Of a stretch of 64,000 nt of DNA, positions 48,307 to 55,087 are shown one piece after another. Positions within the stretch are counted from its first letter, which is position 1. Each line of letters starts with the position of its first letter. This DNA is from Bacteroidales bacterium. GTDB taxonomy: Bacteria > Bacteroidota > Bacteroidia > Bacteroidales > JAAYJT01. The stretch lies in NCBI GenBank assembly GCA_012522795.1, contig JAAYJT010000029.1, forward strand, positions 67,525-131,524, read 5' to 3'. The translations under genes and the position numbers were made by a program. Below the pieces are notes generated by a model that was not told the DNA's origin, searched no databases, and saw only the letters and a list, made by a program, of their open reading frames with translations.

Positions 48307-49485
48307 ATGAGCCGGTTGTATTCATATACACGAACTGCTGACTATCTTAGGGTAGAAGACACATATGTGAGTCTGTATAGCTGGGATGATCGCGGCTTTA
48401 CCGGCCATGAGCATTTGTACGCCTTCAACCTGATAAACATGAACGGCCGTAATGGAGCTTATCCCGAATGGCTCTGCTATTTCGGGAATCCCGTGGTTTC
48501 GCGTATGCTCTCACCCGATAATTACATACAAGCACCCGATTTCTCACAGAGTTTTAACAGGTATAGCTATGCATGGAATAATCCGCTAGTGTTTACTGAC
48601 CCGGATGGGGAGTTTATTTTTACAGTACTTGCTGCTATCTTCTGCCCCCCATTATTACCTGTTGCAATTGGAGCAGATATTGGATGGATTTCAGGAGGCA
48701 TCAGAGGAGAAAATACACCCGACATGACTTTTTGGGATGGAGCATGGAGAGGCGGCCTTGTAGGGGCAGTTGGAGGTGGTTTATCCATGATTGGAGGTGC
48801 CGGAATGCCCTTTATAGCCAACCTTGCAATTGGTACCGGCTCAGGAGCTCTTACTGGTGGTCTGGATGCAGCTTTATGGGGTAATGATATTGGAAAAGGC
48901 ATGTTGTGGGGTGCAGCTGCAGGGGCTGTTTTTACAACTATTTTCTCGGAGAATTTTAGTAATATGTTGAAAAGGGAAGGTTTCTATACCAATGAGAATG
49001 TTTTTAATAATATGATTGAGCGAGGAATGGATAAACAGACAATACTTGATTATTTTGGTTTTGAAGGCACATACACAGGTACAACTAAAGGGCCTAGCTA
49101 CGTTGATGGTGGTGGGGAAGGCGCAAGTTTTTTTGGTAGTACGAATTCTCAAACAGGTAATATCAGATATGGAGACCTTGCATTTGATTCCTATGATAAA
49201 TTAAAAATGACCTATAATAAAGAAATGTATCATAGTTTACGCGTTAAAAATGGCATACCATTAGAAACACAAGGAACAGAATTTGGTAAACATTTAAAAT
49301 ATTACCCAGAAGAAAGGTTGGGATTTATCCATGCGTATAAAAACCAAGGCTTGTATCCATCAGCAGGTAAAGGTTTAATGTCAAATATTAGTTTTTATCA
49401 AATGCAGTCTTTTAACCTTAATCCATCGCAGTATTATAGTGCTAAATGGTGGCATTTTATGTATAAAACTCCAAGAAGATGGTAA
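48307..49485 (+). CDS. Mini-Rhs module 1: RHS-associated core tip (to DPDGEF) plus glycine-zipper region plus unknown C-terminal toxin domain
   Basis: GFTGHEHLYAFNLINMNGR...SRMLSPDNYIQAPDFSQSFNRYSYAWNNPLVFTDPDGEF, followed by an unrelated C-terminus. Confidence 0.8.
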   Translation: MSRLYSYTRTADYLRVEDTYVSLYSWDDRGFTGHEHLYAFNLINMNGRNGAYPEWLCYFGNPVVSRMLSPDNYIQAPDFSQSFNRYSYAWNNPLVFTDPDGEFIFTVLAAIFCPPLLPVAIGADIGWISGGIRGENTPDMTFWDGAWRGGLVGAVGGGLSMIGGAGMPFIANLAIGTGSGALTGGLDAALWGNDIGKGMLWGAAAGAVFTTIFSENFSNMLKREGFYTNENVFNNMIERGMDKQTILDYFGFEGTYTGTTKGPSYVDGGGEGASFFGSTNSQTGNIRYGDLAFDSYDKLKMTYNKEMYHSLRVKNGIPLETQGTEFGKHLKYYPEERLGFIHAYKNQGLYPSAGKGLMSNISFYQMQSFNLNPSQYYSAKWWHFMYKTPRRW

Positions 49486-49874
49486 AAATTGTTGCATTGT
49501 TTTGTGTTTTATCTACTAATTTCCTTACTAATGCTCAAGTAGATACTATAAAATGTGAGGAGTCATTTACTTATTTTGATACTTTATTAGGAAAAAATCT
49601 AATTGTTATATGGGAAACTCCTCCCTCATTGAAAGAGTGTTCTCAAAAGTATGTAGATAAGCTTGAGAAATTTGCTAGAAAGCAGATAAACTACGAGTAC
49701 ATCTTAATTGATATGATAATTGATTCTGAAGGTGTTCCAATCTGTTTTAGGTTTAAGCAAGAAATCGAGCAAGTGATTAGGGTTAAGCTTACTGATAAGT
49801 TGAAATTGTTACGTTTTAAACCTGCGTTAATACATGATAAAAGGGTAGAGTCAATTTACACAATAAAAATCTGA
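49479..49874 (+). CDS. Putative immunity/accessory protein 1 (secreted; C-terminus faintly TonB-C-like)
   Basis: ATGGTAA overlap with the toxin stop, signal peptide MVKIVALFCVLSTNFLTNAQ, and C-terminal LRFKPALIHDKRVESIYTIKI. Confidence 0.5.
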   Translation: MVKIVALFCVLSTNFLTNAQVDTIKCEESFTYFDTLLGKNLIVIWETPPSLKECSQKYVDKLEKFARKQINYEYILIDMIIDSEGVPICFRFKQEIEQVIRVKLTDKLKLLRFKPALIHDKRVESIYTIKI

Positions 49875-49876
49875 CA

Positions 49877-49905
49877 AAAGCCGGAGCAATCCGGCTTTTG
49901 TTTTA
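49877..49905 (+). terminator. Rho-independent terminator after module 1
   Basis: AAAAGCCGGA / TCCGGCTTTT stem with a short loop, then TTTT. Confidence 0.7.
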
Positions 49906-50070
49906 TAATGTAGCCACGTTTTCCTGAAAGAATTCCTTAAACATTTTATGACAACATGCGGTGAACTACATCTTGCTCATCAAAGTAAAGACACGAAAAT
50001 TGTTGGCAAAAACTTTAATGAAACGTAAATAAAAGATACTATTTCCAAAATTATCTGAAATACTATTCCT

Positions 50071-50460
50071 CCAAAATCTGAGTTTGTAAAACTTAAAAAA
50101 TTACTCCTAAACAACACACAACCCAAAAAATCATATCTTTGCCTAATTAAATTAGGCAATGCCGTAGAAACAACATATGAGCCGGTTGTATACATATAAA
50201 ATAACTGCTAACTATCTTGAAGCTGCCTCTGTGAGTCTAAATAGCAGGGATGTTAGCGGCTTTACCGGTCACGAGCACTTATACGCTTTCAACCTGATAA
50301 ACATGAACGGCCGCATGTACGATCCCATAATAGGCCGCATGCTCTCGCCCGATAATTACATACAGGCGCCCGATTTTTCGCAGAGTTTTAATAGGTATAG
50401 CTATGCATGGAATAATCCTTTGGTGATGACGGATCCGGATGGGGAGTTTATTCAATACAT
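50071..50460 (+). repeat. Module homology block, copy B1 (leader plus core-tip coding)
   Basis: 50071-50267 differs from 52226-52422 at a single position by eye. Similarity continues with scattered mismatches up to the DPDGEF codons. Confidence 0.85.
50134..50141 (+). promoter_or_regulatory. Candidate -7 box (TATCTTTG) of module 2
   Basis: Perfect TAnnTTTG, 36 nt upstream of the ATG at 50177, inside the conserved non-coding leader. Confidence 0.4.
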
Positions 50461-51376
50461 TTTTGGAGCTATAATTGGCGGATTTAACGGTTATATGATG
50501 GCTGATAATTTAGGTTATAAAGGCTGGAATAAATTCTGGTACACAATAGGAGGAGCGGTTATTGGTTCTGCAACTACAGGAGTGGGGACAGCGGTTACAA
50601 GCTCTACAGGCATTGTTATCGGTGGTGTAGTTGGCGGTGCAGTTAGTGGTACTGGTTTTGGTACTTTGGGGGGATATGCTGCTGGTTTAAGAGGTGGTGA
50701 TTTGTTTAATGCAGGATTTAAAGGAATGTATAGAGGAGCTGTAACCGGAGGAATTGGAAGTATGATTGGTGGTGCCATAGGTGGTGGATGGGGTGCTTTA
50801 GCAGGAGGTGCTACTTCAAATCTAACCGGACAATTGATTTCTAATGATTTTTCATTTAAAGATGTAAACTGGTCATCCGTTGGTGTTAGCGGAGTTACTT
50901 CTTTAGGTGTGTACCATGTTTCATCATATGCTAATTGGAGAAGCAATGTTAAAAACCAGGATTTTTATGGAAGAATTATAAAGTTCAATCAATACCTTAA
51001 AATGCAAGCATCTTACACACGTGGAAAATTTTGGGGGTCTGAACGTGCTGGTGGTGGATTTTGGTTGACAAAAAACGGCATTTCAAAACAAGGTGTTAGC
51101 TATGACTCAAAGCATGGAAATGTTGTAAAATTTGATTTTTCACAAAAGCCAAAGGATGCATGGGCAACTTTTCATCCTCATCCATATAATGAAAATAAAG
51201 TTGTTGGAGGTAATTTATGGCATAGTGATACAGACCTTCAAAATGTTAACACAACACACTTTTCTTCTTTTGTTTTAAATAAACATGGAGCTGAATTAGT
51301 GACACCTATTTCTACACATAGAATTAATTTTTGGAACTATGGCAAGCCATATTATATATATCCATGGACTTGGTAG
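50177..51376 (+). CDS. Mini-Rhs module 2: core tip plus long glycine-zipper region plus C-terminal domain with a JAB-like HPHP...HSDTD motif
   Basis: MSRLYTYK...GFTGHEHL...GRMYDPIIGRMLSPD...NRYSYAWNNPLVMTDPDGEF, then a divergent C-terminus. Confidence 0.8.
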   Translation: MSRLYTYKITANYLEAASVSLNSRDVSGFTGHEHLYAFNLINMNGRMYDPIIGRMLSPDNYIQAPDFSQSFNRYSYAWNNPLVMTDPDGEFIQYIFGAIIGGFNGYMMADNLGYKGWNKFWYTIGGAVIGSATTGVGTAVTSSTGIVIGGVVGGAVSGTGFGTLGGYAAGLRGGDLFNAGFKGMYRGAVTGGIGSMIGGAIGGGWGALAGGATSNLTGQLISNDFSFKDVNWSSVGVSGVTSLGVYHVSSYANWRSNVKNQDFYGRIIKFNQYLKMQASYTRGKFWGSERAGGGFWLTKNGISKQGVSYDSKHGNVVKFDFSQKPKDAWATFHPHPYNENKVVGGNLWHSDTDLQNVNTTHFSSFVLNKHGAELVTPISTHRINFWNYGKPYYIYPWTW

Positions 51377-51398
51377 TTGTCATTCTTGAAAAATTTTT

Positions 51399-52085
51399 AT
51401 GGCGATGCGTATGAAGACAAAACTTGCTATACTAATCTGGAGTAATTTATTAATTATCTGTTTTTCATTGAAAGCACAGGAGAAGCATTGTATGGATAAT
51501 AATAAATTATTTTTTCAAGATAAATATTTTCTTGATACTATAAACCCTCAAGTTGATGGTATAAATAGCGGAAATGAGTTTAATGATAGACGAAAACAGA
51601 TTGCTACTTTTTTAAATTCAAGGTACTCTGAGCAGTTGTTGAGTTTGAGAGAACCTAAGCTATGTCAGGAATACCCTCATGAGGTTTATCGTTTTATATG
51701 GTTCGGATATATATCACAAAAACATAATCCATTTTCTTTAAGAGTAGAGTTTGTTAATGATACCGCTTTTTTATATGTTAAATACATTAATACTAAGAAT
51801 AAGCAGCACCAGAAAGAATTAATAACAGATACGGTTATTTTAAATAAAAAAGATTGGGATATATTTAAAAATAATATAGACAACATAAATTTTTGGAGTA
51901 TCTCCCCAATTGAAAAAACGGAAACGGTTATTATGGATGGCTCTGTTTGGATTCTAGAAGGCAAGAATAATATGTCATATCATATGGTGCATCGAAATTG
52001 TGGCAAACATAAAGAAATAGGGGAACTTTGTTTATATCTACTCGAAAAAAGCAATATCAAAGTAAAAAAGAAGAATCTATATTGA
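51399..52085 (+). CDS. Putative immunity protein 2 (secreted)
   Basis: 22 nt after the toxin stop, with signal peptide MKTKLAILIWSNLLIICFSLKAQ. No known motif. Confidence 0.5.
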   Translation: MAMRMKTKLAILIWSNLLIICFSLKAQEKHCMDNNKLFFQDKYFLDTINPQVDGINSGNEFNDRRKQIATFLNSRYSEQLLSLREPKLCQEYPHEVYRFIWFGYISQKHNPFSLRVEFVNDTAFLYVKYINTKNKQHQKELITDTVILNKKDWDIFKNNIDNINFWSISPIEKTETVIMDGSVWILEGKNNMSYHMVHRNCGKHKEIGELCLYLLEKSNIKVKKKNLY

Positions 52086-52225
52086 GTCCCCTCCGAAAAG
52101 TCGTAAGCCACCGGCCAACTACATCTTGTCCAATTGAGCAAATCTACGGAATTTGCGGTCAAAAACTTTAAAGACACGACAGGATAAAAAAATCTATCAC
52201 CAAAATTGCCTAAAGTACAATTCCC

Positions 52226-52615
52226 CCAAAATCTGAGTTTGTAAAACTTAAAAAATTACTCCTAAACAACACACAACCCAAAAAATCATATCTTTGCCTA
52301 ATTAAATCAGGCAATGCCGTAGAAACAACATATGAGCCGGTTGTATACATATAAAATAACTGCTAACTATCTTGAAGCTGCCTCTGTGAGTCTAAATAGC
52401 AGGGATGTTAGCGGCTTTACCGGCCACGAGCATTTGTACGCCTTCAACCTGATAAACATGAACGGCAGGATGTATGATCCCGTGGTTTCGCGTATGCTCT
52501 CACCGGATAATTACATGCAGGCGCCCGATTTTTCACAGAGTTTTAACAGGTATAGCTATGCATGGAATAATCCGTTAGTGTATACTGACCCGGATGGAGA
52601 GTTTATCTTTACGAC
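52226..52615 (+). repeat. Module homology block, copy B2
   Basis: Direct repeat of 50071-50460 at an offset of 2155 nt. Confidence 0.85.
52289..52296 (+). promoter_or_regulatory. Candidate -7 box (TATCTTTG) of module 3
   Basis: Same position in the repeat as 50134-50141. Confidence 0.4.
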
Positions 52616-53501
52616 ACTTGCTATTATAACTGGTCAATGGTGGGCTTTGCCTATGACAATTGGCGCTGATATTGGAATGTGGCAAGGTGGTTTACTTGCA
52701 AACGGAACAATGAATCCCTTTAAGTGGGATTACAGTTCTGGTAAGACTTGGGGCTATATGGCGAGCGGTATGGTTGTCGGTGCAGCAAGCGGATATTTTG
52801 GCGGAGCAGTTGCCGCATCGGGTATGCCAATGGCTAATACTGCGGGGATTGCAAGTGCTTCGTTTGTAAATAGTGTGGGTACGCACATTTACACAGGCGG
52901 GCAAACGGATGTGAGCATTAGTTTTGGTGTAGCTTCATACAATTTTGACCAAAACGAATGGGGATATTTAGGTAAGAAAGGAAACCCCACACTTGAAAAT
53001 ATTGGATATAGTTTTGGTGCTTTGGCGAACTTAGGAGATTTTGTTTCTTTATTTAGTGGTGGCGGGCAAAATGTTAAAGTCAATTCTGCGAGTACAAAAG
53101 ATGGAAACGAATGGTGGGGACACAGTTCTATAACTGACGAAAATGGCCACTCATTAGTTTCAGTCGGTCCAGACGGTCAAGTTCAAAAATCCGCAAGTTT
53201 ATCAGAAACTTGGCAAAACTCTATTAAAGTTGCAGATACGGATTGGAGTACATACTTAGGAAAAAAAGGAACTTGGTCAGTAGAGATGAATAACGTCAGC
53301 GCAACAGCCATAAGTAAATATGCGTCAGGTGTAAGTCGGTGGGATTTGCTTCTTAACAGTTGTGTGGGGCATACTTCAAGGGCTTTATGGACAGCGGGAA
53401 TCCCAAATGTATATGCGTTTCATCCACACATGTTAAATCTTCAATTAGCAATCAGGCAAATAGGGATTTATTCAAGTCCGTATCTTTATCAAATGCGATA
53501 A
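52332..53501 (+). CDS. Mini-Rhs module 3: core tip plus glycine-rich hydrophobic region plus C-terminal domain with His...Cys (WWGHSS ... NSCVGHTS) motifs
   Basis: The N-terminal ~95 aa are near-identical to module 2, the motif reads PLVYTDPDGEF, and the C-terminus is unrelated. Confidence 0.8.
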   Translation: MSRLYTYKITANYLEAASVSLNSRDVSGFTGHEHLYAFNLINMNGRMYDPVVSRMLSPDNYMQAPDFSQSFNRYSYAWNNPLVYTDPDGEFIFTTLAIITGQWWALPMTIGADIGMWQGGLLANGTMNPFKWDYSSGKTWGYMASGMVVGAASGYFGGAVAASGMPMANTAGIASASFVNSVGTHIYTGGQTDVSISFGVASYNFDQNEWGYLGKKGNPTLENIGYSFGALANLGDFVSLFSGGGQNVKVNSASTKDGNEWWGHSSITDENGHSLVSVGPDGQVQKSASLSETWQNSIKVADTDWSTYLGKKGTWSVEMNNVSATAISKYASGVSRWDLLLNSCVGHTSRALWTAGIPNVYAFHPHMLNLQLAIRQIGIYSSPYLYQMR

Positions 53502-53512
53502 ATAACGAGATT

Positions 53513-53956
53513 ATGAAACACTTAGTAATAACAATTATGTTACTTTCAACAATGGGTTCATTCGGACAAATACGAAATTTCAACGACATTCCGAATGATA
53601 TTTTGGAGCAGTTAGGCAAAATGGGAGTTGATGCTTCGTCTTTATTGAATAATTACGAAGCTGCGTACTTAAATGTCATTTTCAAAGACAGTTTAAAAGG
53701 ATTTGATTTGACAGGAAAAAAAGTAGGGTTTATTTATAGCGGTGCAAAGAGCGATAAACAAGAATACTTTAACCAAGTCAAAGATAGATACCATAGTAAT
53801 AGTACGCCTGTTGGTGGTAGTGGTTTGTATATTTTCGATGCTGCTCAAAAAGCGGAAAGTGGCGGATATGATGCTGCCATTGTCTATTGGAGTAAATTTG
53901 TAATACCCATTGATAAAGTAGTCAAAAAATTAAAAACACAGATGAGCAAAAAATGA
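53513..53956 (+). CDS. Putative immunity protein 3 (secreted)
   Basis: The ATG lies 11 nt after the toxin stop, with signal peptide MKHLVITIMLLSTMGSFGQ. The ORF-track start at 53360 overlaps the toxin and is rejected. Confidence 0.5.
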   Translation: MKHLVITIMLLSTMGSFGQIRNFNDIPNDILEQLGKMGVDASSLLNNYEAAYLNVIFKDSLKGFDLTGKKVGFIYSGAKSDKQEYFNQVKDRYHSNSTPVGGSGLYIFDAAQKAESGGYDAAIVYWSKFVIPIDKVVKKLKTQMSKK

Positions 53957-53984
53957 GTGGCGAAGCCACCCCATTTGAATTTTA

Positions 53985-54010
53985 AAAAGCGGCTTTGCCG
54001 CTTTTTTTGT
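53985..54010 (+). terminator. Rho-independent terminator after module 3
   Basis: AAAAAGCGGC-TTT-GCCGCTTTTT followed by TTT. Confidence 0.7.
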
Positions 54011-54401
54011 TCCGTTTTCAAGGCTTCCAAAGGTCGTTTTCAGAAAAGTTATTAACAATAGCCAAGAATCGGCTGTAAGCCTTGTTTCCTTCTGACTTAT
54101 CCATCTCTTAAAAGCTATTTCTTTATATGTAAGCAAGCGGTGAACTACATCTTTTTCAAAAAAAAAGCTCATTATTTGTAACTCACCATCTATCAACATC
54201 ATACCTAGCAAAGCAAAAGCTATGGAATTAGCGGACAAAAATCCCTTACACACTTTTCTGAACATTCCTATATTTAAAATCAGAAATCTAAAATTAAATC
54301 TGAGTTTGCTAAACTTTATAAAATTCAGAACATGAATCATTCAATATTTATTTTATTAGCCTAAAAAATTACTACTAAGCAACTCTCAACCCAAAAAATC
54401 C

Positions 54402-54409
54402 TATCTTTA
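54402..54409 (+). promoter_or_regulatory. Candidate -7 box (TATCTTTA) of module 4
   Basis: Same leader subtype as module 1 (ACTACTAAGCAA...CCAAAAAATC-TATCTTTAC). Confidence 0.3.
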
Positions 54410-54444
54410 CCCTATTAAATCAGGCTATGCAAGAGCGAAAACAA

Positions 54445-54864
54445 ATGAGCCGGTTGTATACATATAAAATAACTGCTAACTATCTTGAAGCTGCCTCTGT
54501 GAGTCTAAATAGCAGGGATGTTAGCGGCTTTACCGGTCACGAGCCTTTGTACGCCTTCAACCTGATAAATATGAACGGTCGTAATGGAGTTAATCCCGAA
54601 TGGCTCTGCTATTTCGGGAACCCCATGGTTTCGCGCATGCTCTCACCGGATAATTACATACAGGCACCGGATTTCTCCCAATCATTCAACCGATATCCCT
54701 ATTGTATGAACAACCCTATTAACCTGGTTGACAAAAGCGGGTATTACTGGTTGGATTATGATTATGATTGGAATGAATTTTATGAAAATTATCTTTATGA
54801 ATATCATAGAGGTGATGAATATCCCGCAGTACCAAGAGCAAAATACTTTTATTTACGATTATAG
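54445..54864 (+). CDS. Mini-Rhs module 4: core tip with variant end motif (NNPINLVDKSGYY) and only a ~40-aa Tyr/Asp-rich tail; possibly degenerate
   Basis: 54445-54543 is identical to 50177-50275, followed by the long-insert variant seen in module 1. An alternative upstream ATG lies at 54427. Confidence 0.6.
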   Translation: MSRLYTYKITANYLEAASVSLNSRDVSGFTGHEPLYAFNLINMNGRNGVNPEWLCYFGNPMVSRMLSPDNYIQAPDFSQSFNRYPYCMNNPINLVDKSGYYWLDYDYDWNEFYENYLYEYHRGDEYPAVPRAKYFYLRL

Positions 54865-55087
54865 AATAAATAATTTGGAATAAAAAAATTAATACTTATT
54901 TTTCTAAAACTAACCAAAACCTTAAATCTATGAAGAATCATATTTTAAACTTATCTGCAGCAACATTTATTGAAAGCAATGCTGATGACGATGTTTCAAC
55001 ATCTTATTATGTCATTAAGCATATTCCACAAATTACTTATAGGAAACGTATGTTAGAATGTACCGAACCCTTTATTATACCTGAAAG

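Noticed and set aside
50515-50946. Proline-rich 143-aa minus-strand ORF (and the similar 48567-48902 ORF)
   Set aside because: These are mirror images of the glycine-zipper coding regions (GGN codons read as NCC Pro on the opposite strand). They are artefacts of composition.
53930-54340. 136-aa minus-strand ORF in the spacer between modules 3 and 4 (and 49980-50195 between modules 1 and 2)
   Set aside because: Both are AT-rich, have no motif, run across terminator hairpins and the conserved leaders, and show no conserved frame between the homologous spacers.
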